Part shown: positions 51,533-64,000 of the stretch, in pieces
How the letters are laid out: every line of letters starts with the position of its first letter
How positions within the stretch are numbered: position 1 is the first letter of the stretch
Made by a program: the position numbers and the translations under genes
NCBI GenBank assembly: GCA_028534125.1
Contig: CM052818.1
Coordinates: forward strand, 23,686,001 to 23,750,000
Length of the DNA: 64,000 nt
Source of the DNA: Lama glama
Taxonomy: Eukaryota
Direction: 5' to 3'
Notes under the pieces: generated by a model
Seen by the model: the letters and a program-made list of their open reading frames with translations, nothing else
Told to the model about the DNA's origin: nothing
Databases searched by the model: none

Positions 51533-53314
51533 CCTTCTCTCTCCCTTTTCCTTTTTATTTTGCTGATCTTGGAATGGGGAGAGGAAGTCTAGGTGAAGGT
51601 TGAACCACCCACAGCAGACAATTCAGAGGTGCTTTGTGAATAAACTTTAGAACTAGAGTAAGACAGGTCCAGCTTCCTCAGTAAATGAAAGGAGGAGGCG
51701 TGTGCAAATGTCCTGCTGTAGAGGGTTGGGTACAAACTTAGTGTAGTAAGAGTTATGCTTGAAATATCTTTATATTGGGCATGAAAGTTACCGTGACTAA
51801 AATTTCTCTTTTAGAACTCATGATTTGCTTTATAATTTTTGGTTGGTAGTAGTTTATGTCGTATCTGGGATAGATGTGGTTTTAAATCTGAGAAAATGTT
51901 CTTCTACATTGGGCATAGTACTGGTTCCTGAAATAGGGTAGCAGTGCTGTTCTAAACACACAGTTTAGGAACAAGCAGGACATATAATCCACTGTAAGCA
52001 CTTGTTGGGGAATAATAATTTTACATCTACGTGTGGCATTTGTAAAAACCAGTTTTATAATTGCCCATGTGATGCATTCACTAACTTTGCACTCTGTTAT
52101 GTTGGTAGCCAATGTATTCTTTTGGATTTATGAAGCTAGCTAATTATACTGTGCTCCTGAGCCCGCATAGCTCCAACTCTACTTAGCAGTTATTTGCTGA
52201 AAATGTTTTTAATTCTCTTTGATAATGTTTTCAAATATAACATTTTCCCCTAACATTGCCGTATAATCTCTTATTAGGAATGCTAATCTGAAAACTTAAT
52301 AAGTAGACAGCTTTCTGTTATTATCATGGCAACTACTTAGGATATTCAGTCTTTATGAACCCAGCCCTAGCATTGCTTCATTCCTTAGTAATTGTCTGAA
52401 AGCTGAGACCTCCGTCCCCAGATGCCACGAGGGGCACGGGAGCTCTCCTGCCTGCTGACAACGTAGCTGGCACAGTCACGATGTCTACTGTAGGGTACGG
52501 TCACAGTACTGTTTTCTAATATTGTATTTAAGAAATAGAAAAACAGTATTAAACAAATTTTAATTCAAGTATCAAGTCCAATTAGGAGGAGGAGAAGTCA
52601 AAGATCTGCTTTGCATTTGATACCGCTGATTGGTCTGCTTTGAGACTCTTTGATCAGGTCTGTTGACCTGTTTTTCAGATTTGGACTAGGCTACTCACTT
52701 TTTCTTGTCCTTTCCTATAAATAAAGGGTCAGAGTAGGAAAATGTCCAAAAGACAAGCAGTAGTTGGGAGAGGATAAATGTAAGAATCTAGGTAAGACTG
52801 CATCAATTTATAATTTAATGTTAGTTCCTTGGATATCAGAGTTGAAAAAGGAGCGTGTCAGGAACATTTTGCACCTTTTGCTAAATCTCTGTTAAACACA
52901 TTGTGCACTGAGAGCTTAATTTCCCTTAAATAAGAATTCTTATGACACACTCCTTTTAGAATGTAGTGATGTTTTCCACTTCAAAAGAACTAGTATATTT
53001 TCTTTTCATCTGAAAATGAAAACCATGAAGCCCACTGTGTTAACCATTCAGTAACCACATGGAGCTAAATCTCTCTCTTGAAACTCCCTTTGCCTGCCTT
53101 TTTATGTTGAACGTCATTCACATAATCATAAATCTGAGAAGTATGATAACAAAGATACAGACACTCCTATTTGCTGTCTTTACTCCTGTGAACTATTATC
53201 ATTTCACTCTATAATACATATTTTTGGGTAGAAAATCTACACTTTATAGAATGGGGTTAACTTATGCATATCATTCTGTAACCTGATATTTTACTAAAAA
53301 ATTTACTATTAATA

Positions 53315-54335
53315 TACATACCATCTTGGATGAATGCCCAAAGAATTATGCTGAGTGAAAAAAAAACCCAAATGTTATGTACTGTATGATTTCTTTTATA
53401 CAGTACTCTTGAAATGACAAAATTATAGAAATGAAGTATGAATTAGTGGTTGCCAGAAGTTGGGATTGGGAGGATGAGGCTGCTGTGGCCATAAAAAGGC
53501 AACATCAGGGATCCCTGTGGTGATGGAACTATTCTGTATCTTGACTGTGTCAGTGTAAATATTCGGGATAATGTATAGGACTACAGTTTTGCAGGATGTT
53601 ACCATTAACAGAAATTAGATAAAGAGTACATGAGCTCTCTCTATGAGATCTATTACTACTTCATATGGATCTACAATTATCTCAAAAAAAGTTTCATTGT
53701 AAACATTCTGTGTTAATTTTTTCATGTCAACATATGTCAGTATTTCAATGATTGCATAATATTCCACAGCTACTTTACAATTTCTTATAATTTAAACATA
53801 CAGTTAACATACAACCAGCAATTCTACTTCTAAATATTATCCCAACTGAAATGAATACTTACGTATACACAAGAAATTCTATGCACAGATATTCAGAGAT
53901 ACTTCATGCATCCTTGTCAAAAACTGGAAAGAATCCACATTTCTTTCTGCTGGTGAGTGAGTAGATAAACTAAGGTCGGTCCACCAGGTAGACTATTGTT
54001 CATAAATTTAAGAAAATGAAATACTGATGCATACAACAATATGAATCAGTCTTAAATACATTAAGTCAAAGAAGGCAGATTCAAATGCTTGCATAATATA
54101 TTATCCCATTTATGTGACATTCTGAACTAATAAAAACTGTGGTGACAGATGATTAAACATTGCCTGCAACTGGGCAGTGAGGGGCAGGTGTGTTTGTGTG
54201 TGTGTGTCAGAGACTGTCTTTGCAGAGTCACGAGGGCATATTTAGGGGATGTGACGTTACCCAACCATACATTTGTTGAAAGTTCAGAACCGTACACCAA
54301 AAGAGGTGAATTTTGCTGAATAGTAATTTTCATAG
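53315..54335 (+). mobile_element. Two old L1 3'-end fragments (L1MC/MD-like, then L1ME-like)
   Basis: attatgctgagtgaaaaaa..gaaatgacaaaattatagaaatg..gatccctgtggtgatggaact..atctacaattatctcaaaa. Then accagcaattctacttcta..tactgatgcatacaacaatatgaat. Confidence 0.8.
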
Positions 54336-56336
54336 TGTAGAATATATAATTTATTTTAAAGGATATACTTTACCTTAAAAACATAATTTTCCTTTAAAAA
54401 TTCATGTAATATGTAAAAAAAAAGTGTCAGTGATTAAATGCCAATAATAATATATCAAACTACTTTATGAATTCTAGGATAGTTTTTCATATTAAAAACA
54501 TTAAGGAAAACCACAAAGACCTATAACTCCACAGTATCCTAGATTTTCCATTTAGATTTAAGAAAAAACTCCTAGGAATAAATTATTTCACTGATGAATA
54601 TTAAGCATGACTAGGTTAACTTGATATGCTTGGGGAGTTTCTGGATTTCTTGACTAAATACAAATAGACTGGGTCAGGAGATTATTTAATTAGTTCAGTT
54701 TAATTCTATTTCCCAGCTACTCCTCATGACACTTAACATAATACATGAGAAGACATTATTAAAACTTGTTGATCTAGTCTCCTCTTAAATCAGTTATAGG
54801 CACTCAACCAGCTCTGTCCTGATCTACACACACAGGTAACAAGCCATTTTTTTCTTTGAGAGAATCTCAGTGCCTTGCTACATTAGTGTTTTGAGGATAT
54901 GGAGTGATTTTGTTTCAGATACTTTTTGAAGCAGAGGAAGAGGTGCTAAATTATCCTTATATTAATGAGTCTTCAATTACATTAACAAAGTTCTATGTTT
55001 AAGAAGGTGAAAAAAAATTTCAAAATAGGGTATGAGGAAAACAAGAGTGAATTATGTTGTGTGTTTACAAGTCCAAGGTGTTGCTGAAAGCTGGCATTTT
55101 TTTATATTTGTTAAGAATATTTATATTATATTTAACAGTAGTCTTTTGAAAAACATGAAATTCTTATTTATATTACATATAACATTAATCTTTTTTTTAC
55201 ATTAGTTCTTTTTAAAATATGGACATTTAGCAAGAATGACTAGTGTTTCCAACTGAATAACTAATCATGCATGTAATAAATGTTAGCAGTATGAAAAAAA
55301 TCTACCTACACTTATCGGCTGTGTGCACCCAAACACACTTTTACTAAATGACATTAGGAAGTGACAGTAGGCAAAATTCTGAATCAGTATTTTATGACCA
55401 AGGCATTACATTTGGCAAAAAATGGAATGTTGTTTAATTTTGTATTGTTGTTCAACAACTAAATGAGCTCATAGTGTAGGTCTCATACAAGTCTTTCCTA
55501 ACTAGGTATAATTTTTAGCTAAAAAGAAAACAAAACAGAACTACCTGGCTCAACTTGCAGTATTGTACTTCACAATTAAAACGACGTGATTATGTCACTG
55601 TGTGGGTGTATGATCCAATTGCCAGTTATTTAAAATATTCACTAATGGAAAAAATTGTTAAAACATTTACCTAAGTCGCTTGCTGTTGATAAACTGCTAT
55701 AATTACTTTTTCAAATATTGTTTCAAGTAAATGAAGGTGTCCATGGCTCTGTTTGAAATATGAGGACAGTAATAAATAGGTCAAGAGAGAACACTATTTG
55801 TGATTAGTTCCAGAAAGGATAATTCTGTGTGTTTCGGAAGTAGTCTTAGGGAGAGAAGATAGGGGAATGAGAGGACCAAGAATTGGGAAATTTATGGCTT
55901 GAGTATATTTAGCATGTAACTTTCATCAGTAGCATATATAAAACATCATATTACAGTGATTAAAGAGAATCCAATTAAGGTAAGACCTGTCAAAAGTAGG
56001 TTGGGTCTCTTCTTGAATGGTTGGATCAAAGGTGAAAAACTGATTAAGAGTTGGGCATATTTTCTCATCCCACCTCTAAGAGTTCAAACTACAGTCTTTG
56101 GAATCCAGAGCCATACTGGGGATGATGAAAGGAACTGAACACTGGAGCCAAACGCTGCCACCAGGGTCAAGTGCTTTTGTTACTACTATGCCAACAACAA
56201 AATACTGATCAAACAGAAGGAAATTCCTTCTTTCCTCCTCCTGCCTTTCAGTCTCCCTCTGTTGGTGCCATCTATTGGCAGAGCCTGTGAAGATGGTTAA
56301 TGGACAAAAGAAAAATGTAATTTACAGAGTCCTCAC

Positions 56337-56721
56337 CAGTGGCAAGCTGATAGATGTTTAATAGCTAAATTCTGGGAGAGAAAGCCCAAATTTGTAGAGC
56401 TTGCCTATTTTCAGGGTATAAATACTTCATCATAGTGGATTTCAAAACATTAAACATGTAGGATAGTATGAAGATACTATTCAGATATAACACAGGTACA
56501 ATTGATACAAATGTTCTCAAAGTAGATAAAAGTAAAATGTAGTAAAATACTTAAGTGATGTTTTAAGTATTCATTTTCTTTATATTTAGTATAGTTTATT
56601 TAATTTTGTTTATATAATTTAATTTTAAATAATGACTATTTAACAGTCAGCTGTCAAAATTCATGAACATTTAACAGTCGGCTCTCATGTTTTGGTATGT
56701 GTTGGCTTTAACACATCACTG
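56337..56721 (-). mobile_element. MER63B-like hAT DNA transposon
   Basis: Termini CAGTG..CACTG. Internal motifs tttgtagagcttgcctattttc, agtaaaatgtagtaaaata, aacatttaacagtcggctctc. Confidence 0.75.
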
Positions 56722-56722
56722 G

Positions 56723-58062
56723 TAGACAGCTGCATGCAAATCAATGAAGTTAGAATACTCCCTTACACCATACACAAAAATAAACTCAAAATGGCTTAAT
56801 GACTTAAACATAAAACAAGGCACAATAAATTTCCTAGAAGAAAACATAGGCAAAACATTATCTGACATATATCTCAGCAATGTTCTCCTAGGGCAGTCTA
56901 CCCAGGCAATAGGAATAAGAGCAAAAAGAAACAAATGGGACCTAATTAAAGTTACGAGCTTTTGCACAGCAAAGGAAACCACAGGCAAAACAAAATGACA
57001 ACCTACAGAATGGGAGAAAATATTTGCAAAAGATGAGACTGACAAGGGCTTGAGTTCCAGAATATATGAACAGCTGATATGACTTAATAAGAAAAAAAAA
57101 AAAACAACCCAATCCAAAAATGGGCAGAAGACCAAAACAAGCAATTTTCCAATGGAGACATACGAATGGCCAATAGGCACATGAAAAAATGCTCAATATA
57201 ACTAATTATGAGAGAAATGCAAATCAAAACTACTACGAGGTATCACCTCACACCAGTCAGAATGGCCGTCATTCAAAAATCTACAAATGACAAATGCTGG
57301 AGAGGCTGTGGAGAAAGGGGAACCCTCCTACACTGCTGGGGGGAATGCAGTTTGGTGTAGCTATTGTGGAAAACAGTATGGAGATTCTTCAAAAGACTGA
57401 AAATAGACTTACCATTATGACCCAGCAATCCCACTCCTGGGCATATATTCAGAGGGAACCTTAATTCAAAAAGACACCTGCACCCCAGTGTTCACAGCAG
57501 CACTACTTACAATAGCTGAGACATGGAAACAACCTAAATGTCCATCAACAGAGGACTGGATAAAGAAGTTGTGCTATATGTACACAATGGAATACCACTC
57601 AGCCATAAAAAAGAATAAAACAATGCCATTTGCAGCAACATGGATGGCCCTAGAGAATGCCATTCTAAGTGAAGTAAGCCAGAAAGAGAAAGAAAAATAC
57701 CATATGATATCATTCAAATGTGGAATCAAAAAAAAAAAAAGACAAATGAACTTATTTATAAAACAGAAACAGACTCACAGACATAGAAAACAAACTTATG
57801 GTTACCAGTGGGGAAGTGATTGGGAAGGGATAAATTGGGAGTTTGAGATTTGCAGACACTGACTGGTATATATAAAATAGATAAACAAGTTTATACTGTA
57901 TATTCAATATCTTGTAATAGCTTACAGTGAAAAAGAATATGAAAACAAATGTATGTATATTCATATATGACTGAAGCATTGTGCTGTACACCAGAAATTG
58001 ACACAGCATTGTGAAGTGACTATACTTCAATAAAAAATAAAGTAAAAAGAATTTTAAAAAAA
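56723..58062 (+). mobile_element. 5'-truncated young LINE-1
   Basis: ORF2 fragments 56744..56998 (LTPYTKINSKW) and 57488..57862. AATAAA and A-rich tail. TSD ATCACTGG at 56715-56722 and 58063-58070. Confidence 0.95.
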
Positions 58063-58115
58063 ATCACTGGGTCCCAGCCCAACATCACAAAGTAGAGGAC
58101 AGAAGATTAGGTACA

Positions 58116-59390
58116 CCTATAGCTCACCTTTACTTATTTAGCTCTGTTATTCACTTGAACAACTTTATGCTCTGTCTGACATGAGCCAGCTAAGCTTTAT
58201 ACAAGGATGGACTCACCCTTATCCTCAAAAAGGTAGATACAAAATTCCAACATTCTGTGCTTCTCTCTCTGAGCAATGATAGTACTCCTCTTATTTAGTC
58301 AATATTCGTTCTACTTGAATATATGAGAAGCTAAAGAATAAATGATAACATTAATAGCTCCCAACAATCCTTATGTATAATAATAAGAGAAAAGAAGGAG
58401 TAAAAGGGAATTAGTTAATGTATACAAATGTAAATTACGTTGCACGCAAAGAAAATGCTATGCATAGCTGCTACTCCTTTTTACCGTAAATGGCCATGAA
58501 GTTGTAGTCGATATTTATACCTTTCTTATTCCACTGGCCATTCCATTTTCCCTCGAGTCAGCACCATACATTGTTGTAAGTCTTTGCCTGATGATTACCT
58601 GAAGATTTGGAATCTTCAGTGACCTTTTCCCCCCATTGATTTTCCATTAAGTTTTATTATTTGATATGGAAATAACAAGCATCTCAGAGAATCTCCAGTA
58701 TTTCAGACAAAGTCGCTGTACAGCAAGAGTACATTTTTATCCCTAATAATCAGGAACAATTATCCCCATTATCTCATTCTCCAACTGTTGGTCCAGTGAC
58801 ATAGAGCCCAGAATACCCAGGTGACAATCTCTATCTTTGAAATCAGTAGAGCTATCATTATGTCTCCTTATAAAAGCCATTCTCTCCTGATACTTAAGAT
58901 CCCAAACTAGTAGGAACCAAAATTTCTCAGTCAGGACTTCTTTGAACAGATGATTAGATATAATAGCAATGAGAGTCACATTCACTTCTTGATTCCTGCA
59001 CCTGTGTACCTCACAGTGGAAGAAACAACACTACGTATACGTGGCTGATTTCATTGTAATGTATATTCTGTAAGGTAGTAATTCAATATTTCATGGTATT
59101 TGTTTCACAGCTAGCAACATAATTTATTCTCTGATAGGTCATTTCATATTGTTCCATCAGGCCAGCTCCTTCAGGATGGTGAGTTCCACAATAAGACCAG
59201 TGAGTCTGTGGGCATGACCACTGCCGCACCTCTTCTGTAGTAAAATGAGGCCCTCAGTAAAGAGAAACATTATGTGGAATATGTACGGAATAAGGCATTC
59301 CATAGGCTCACAGATGGTAAGGTTGGCAGGGAAAGCAAATGCAGCTCCAAAATGCATGGCTGTTCCCATTGGCCCAGTGCAGGGAAAGCT
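58116..59390 (-). mobile_element. Decayed ERVL internal sequence
   Basis: accactgccgcacctcttc..aaatgaggccctcag..aataaggcattccataggctcacagatgg resembles ERVL internal consensus. Lies between two LTR33-like segments. Confidence 0.6.
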
Positions 59391-59565
59391 GCCAGGAAGG
59401 GAAATATTCCTTCTTCCCTCTTCCTGGCTTCTAGTTTTTCTCTAGTTCTTGCTATTGGCAGGAAACCAGTTTACAAAGGAAAACTATAGTTTGCAGAATC
59501 TAATCCTAGTGACTACACAATGCTGACACAGTAGAAGAGTGGATGTGAGTTCAAGAATCCAGTTT
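59391..59565 (-). mobile_element. Partial LTR33-like 5' LTR
   Basis: ttccttcttccctcttcctggcttctag..ctattggcagg..tagtttgcagaatc parallels 56220-56332. Confidence 0.65.
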
Positions 59566-59629
59566 AACATTCCACCAGAGCATTTCACCTCTTAGCTTCT
59601 CAGCCTTTCTATATTACTTGTGTATAAAA

Positions 59630-60160
59630 AAACAGATAGTTCATGAGTACCTACTAGATGCTGGACTTGATGCTCCATGCTAAATTGGTGACCAAAAACA
59701 GATGTCTGGGCTCTCACGAGGTCTACCTTATCTTCCTAGATATTAACCAGATAGTCACCTTGGTTATGTATATTTGCAAACTGAAAGGGATAGAGGTTTA
59801 TGAAAAAATATTACAAATAAATTTGAAGTGATTAAAGAAAGACTTCTCTGAGAAAGCATCACTTAGCTGAGTTTTAAGGAATTAGTAGGAGTTAATTAGA
59901 TAAAGGAGAAGGATAGCTATATTAGGGAAGCATCATTACAGACACAACAGTCTTTGCAAAGGCCTTGTGGCGGGAGTGAGTGTGTTACAGCCATGAAAAA
60001 TGTAAAGAGTGGAGTATCTGGGCTGTAGAGGTTGAAAGGCAAATGATGAGAGATGGAGCTTGCTGGGAAAGTGGGGTTTGTACCCAGAGTCTTACAGGAT
60101 TTTGGTCCATATGCTAAGCAAAAAAAAAAAAGTTACTAAAAAATTTTAAAGAAGATAATT
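59630..60160 (-). mobile_element. L2 fragment
   Basis: tgagtacctacta..aaagacttctctgagaaag..ttagtaggagttaa..tgcaaaggccttgtgg. Confidence 0.7.
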
Positions 60161-60628
60161 CAGTTTTGACAACTTAAACAGTGTACATTTTGTGGGGGTC
60201 TGAGTTGATAAACAGAAATCAGTTAATATATTAAGAATATAATGAACTGCAGCTAAGTTTTTGGTTATTTATAGGAGAAATACACATTAAATGAATATTT
60301 TTGTCTATTCTTCAGAGCTTGACACCTCAACATTTTGAGGACATTCTCCAGTTAAGTGGTATCACTCTGCCCAGGAAATTCCATTTTATTTTACTATTAT
60401 CTGGTGGAAGAAAAAAATTACAAGATAAAACATGTATTATTTTGTGGGAAAAAACCCCCAAAATAACGAATTAGCATGACTTTCTACCTTTTGTGATTGC
60501 CATGCTCCCTCCTTGAAGTTGGTAATTCTTCAAGTACCTTGTTCTAAGATATCATGTCTCCCAGTAAACTATTCTTACTGTATCCTCTCTTCCTCTCATG
60601 TTCATGGTCACATTCTGCAGAGTCTAAA

Positions 60629-61128
60629 NNNNNNNNNNNNNNNNNNNNNNNNNNNNNNNNNNNNNNNNNNNNNNNNNNNNNNNNNNNNNNNNNNNNNNNN
60701 NNNNNNNNNNNNNNNNNNNNNNNNNNNNNNNNNNNNNNNNNNNNNNNNNNNNNNNNNNNNNNNNNNNNNNNNNNNNNNNNNNNNNNNNNNNNNNNNNNNN
60801 NNNNNNNNNNNNNNNNNNNNNNNNNNNNNNNNNNNNNNNNNNNNNNNNNNNNNNNNNNNNNNNNNNNNNNNNNNNNNNNNNNNNNNNNNNNNNNNNNNNN
60901 NNNNNNNNNNNNNNNNNNNNNNNNNNNNNNNNNNNNNNNNNNNNNNNNNNNNNNNNNNNNNNNNNNNNNNNNNNNNNNNNNNNNNNNNNNNNNNNNNNNN
61001 NNNNNNNNNNNNNNNNNNNNNNNNNNNNNNNNNNNNNNNNNNNNNNNNNNNNNNNNNNNNNNNNNNNNNNNNNNNNNNNNNNNNNNNNNNNNNNNNNNNN
61101 NNNNNNNNNNNNNNNNNNNNNNNNNNNN
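60629..61128. other. Assembly gap (500 N)
   Basis: Run of N. Confidence 1.
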
Positions 61129-62039
61129 ACATGTATTATTTTGTGGGAAAAAACCCCCAAAATAACGAATTAGCATGACTTTCTACCTTTTGTGATTGCC
61201 ATGCTCCCTCCTTGAAGTTGGTAATTCTTCAAGTACCTTGTTCTAAGATATCATGTCTCCCAGTAAACTATTCTTACTGTATCCTCTCTTCCTCTCATGT
61301 TCATGGTCACATTCTGCAGAGTCTAAATAATATTATTATTATTTGATGAGGAGCCACATAAAATAGGAAACAGTATTATGGAAGAGCACCCCCCCCCACC
61401 CCGCCCAGCCTCCCACCCTCAAATTCTCAGCTTTACCACATGGCAGCTTGGAGTAATAACTCACAAATAGAATTTGCTATATGAGACCTGGTAGAAATAT
61501 TTTAGTAAATGCTAATGACCATGGATAAATGCCGAACTACTCACATATAGAACAGAGAGAACTATAAATATCATCTTAAATAAAGCAAAATGAGACAGCT
61601 TTTAATATTAAGGAGTTGGAAGCATATGGTCTGTTTGCAAAATCTGGAAATAACCCACTTGGGTCCAAAGGAAGAAGTGAGGAGTAGAAGAGTCTCACAC
61701 ACATTTCTATCCCTTATGTGCCCTTATGTGTTTTTCTTTACTTTTTTTTTTTTTTCCTTTTATCTTTCTAGGTGGACCTACTGGTACTTCTATGTTGAAA
61801 TTATTTTACAGATGGGCAAGAATTTCATTACATAGTTAAATTATAATAGTGAAAGTTATGTTTCCTTACAGTTATAACTTTTCACCAAACAGCCCTCTCC
61901 ACTCCACACCACCCTAGAGAAGAGTCCCCTGGGGAGGAAGGTAACACGCTGAGCGGAACACAGTAGACGGTAGAGAACATGTCCCTTATGCTTGGAATCC
62001 CATTTGAATACTTTGGGAGATTGATTGCACTGTTGACTT

Positions 62040-62415
62040 CAGTTCTGTATCCTTCCTCACGTTCTCTCTTGGCCATGTGGCTTTGTCATTTCTCCTACTA
62101 AAATATGCAGAGTATATTTCTATGACCCCTGACTTTTGGGTTGGGCCAAGCAGACTCACTTTGAACAATGGGATAGAGTGGAAATGATAATGGACCCGTT
62201 TCCAGCCCATGAGAGAGCTTGCTGGTCTGTGCTGACTCTCCTGTACTTCTCCCATTACCGTGGGAACAGGCTTCTCTGAAACTGTTGGTTCGTGGAGGAT
62301 GAGAACCTTTCCAGCTTAGCCAAGTCTAGGTCAGCTTCTCAGCAGATGAACAAGCTCAGCAGATGCTTATTGAGATTTGTCATGCTGAGTTTTTGTGGCA
62401 ATAGCTAACTCACTC
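62040..62415 (+). mobile_element. Old MaLR LTR (MLT1H/I-like)
   Basis: tgtggctttgtcatttctcc..cagagtatatttc..gactcactttgaacaatgg. 3' end gcaatagctaact. Confidence 0.6.
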
Positions 62416-63039
62416 ACACAAATCTAATGATGGTCTTATGTTTGAAGTAATTCCACTCGGGTATCATGTGAGAGAACAGAAAATAAGAAAGCTTATCTTA
62501 ATAAAATATTCTGCCTCAAAGAAAGTAATACCAAAGTCATCTCAGGGTTAAAACACCTCTCAGAGAAGAGATTCCAAAAGCTCTTTGGGTAACTGTTACT
62601 CTTTGGAAGTTGTTCCTTCTAAAGGTGAATCCAGTCCATAATAGTGTTTCAGTTTATGAAATCTTCTTGACATCAAAGACTTTTAAATCAAATTGATTAA
62701 AGCTTTTATTTTAGAAACTGTTTTCAACTTGTAAGGGAAAATCATTTTAAGAAGAAACTTAAATGTCTTTTCAAGAATCTGGAAAACTCTGTGGGTAATT
62801 AGTTAAAAGCTGACATCAATTTAATTTGGATAATATTTATTGAACTCCTATTTTGGGAAAGTATTTACTCTTGGTAACCACATCTTAGAAAAGATGAAAC
62901 TGAGGGCTGTGGACCAAAAAGATGGTTCCTTATATGATAAAGACCCCAAGAATATGTCTGAGATTTTGGCCTATTTTTATCTTTTGGTCAACATTAAATG
63001 CAAAATTGGTCTGATTTTCCTCTTTTAATTGGCTGCTAT

Positions 63040-63620
63040 GCATTTCAAACACTATTCTTATCCATACAGAATCCAGAATGAACTTTGGAAAATCTAAGTA
63101 ACATTCTGTGTCTCTTACTGTTCAGAAATTTTTGGCTTCCCGTTGTTCTTGCAATGAAAGTGAACATCTTCACTATGGCTTGTAAAGTGAATTAGACCTT
63201 GATTAGTTTTTTAATCTTATCTTATGCCACACTTACTGTGGTCCGATCACACTGGCCTTTTTGCTGTTCACAGAAATACTGGAATTTTGTCCCATCTCAG
63301 GCCCTTTGCACATACTGCTGCTTCTGCTTGGGATTCTGTTTCCCCAGAAGATAATTTCTCTTCTTTCATTTCATTCCGGTCTCTTCTCAAATGTCTTTCC
63401 AATAGAAGGGTCTTCTCTGAGTGCTCTATCTAAAACAGTGCCCCACCTTTGTCAAATTTACAGTATCCTGCTTTAGTCATTGTACTTATTACCACTTTAC
63501 ATTATCAGATCTCCCCATCCCATTATGTAAATTCCACGAAAGAAGTACTGTTTTGGTTTGTTTCCTCCTGTATCTCCAGTGTAGGTAGTCTACAAATATG
63601 TGTTGTCTAAGTGGATCAAT
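63040..63620 (+). mobile_element. L2 3' region
   Basis: cacactggcctttttgctgttc..cccatctcaggccctttgcacatactg..tgtaaattccacgaa..ctgtatctccagtg. Confidence 0.8.
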
Positions 63621-64000
63621 GCATTGGGCTTGTTTTCCAGATCCATGATATGTTCTTCATTGTTTAGCATCCCCTTACCCCTGCTTTTTCCTATATTTGT
63701 TTAGTGTACTTTTGTTGTATTTTAGATTTCTTTTAAAATTTCTGTCTGGATTTTTTTTAAATAACCTAACAAATATATAAAAGAAGCTAAGAAATATAAA
63801 AAATATAAAAATAACCATATGGGATATGGTTAAATTTAAATATATATTGGATCTGGGTAGTATAAACTCTGGGGAATTTTTTAACATAAACCTTGGTTTG
63901 ACTAAGGCACTGGGAAGTTGAGAAAACTAGCAATAATAATAACTAGGGTGGCAACTTAAGGCTAGTTCAGAAAGGGCTCAGGAATTCACTTAGTCTAAAT

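Larger units (their letters stand above)
56040..58115 (-). mobile_element. LTR33-like ERVL 3' LTR, interrupted by MER63 and L1
   Basis: cctcctcctgcctttcagtctccctct..ctattggcagagcct..aaatgtaatttacagagtcc stops at ~56336 and resumes as gtcccagcccaacatcacaaag at 58071. Confidence 0.7.

Noticed and set aside
60513..61178. Five long ORFs of 174-221 aa
   Set aside because: They are made almost entirely of N codons from the gap.
1..64000. L1 strand bias as a clue to host-gene orientation; CRISPR or prokaryotic systems
   Set aside because: L1s occur on both strands in similar numbers, so bias is uninformative. The DNA is mammalian with no spaced-repeat array or operon.

Overview
AT-rich, CpG-depleted placental-mammal genomic DNA. 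It is probably camelid, inferred from a vic-1-like tRNA-Ala-derived SINE and the apparent lack of Alu, Bov-B or PRE1 elements. I recognise no host protein-coding exon or RNA gene. The ORFs with recognisable protein similarity are decayed LINE-1 ORF2 fragments; the rest are antisense or chance ORFs, or artefacts of a 500-N gap. The window is intronic or intergenic and packed with transposon relics: three young L1 copies with target-site duplications (TSDs), older L1s, MaLR/ERVL/ERV1 LTRs, hAT MITEs, L2 and MIR. The structurally interesting parts are (1) a SINE that appears to have carried about 105 bp of foreign 3' flank into an L1, (2) a twin-primed, 5'-inverted L1, (3) an LTR33-like/MER63/L1 nest inside a two-LTR ERVL remnant, (4) a few candidate regulatory or exon-like patches, and (5) a false 199-bp duplication around the assembly gap. 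I found no convincing new biological system. Repeat family names come from recalled consensus motifs, not a database search, and boundaries of old repeats are approximate.
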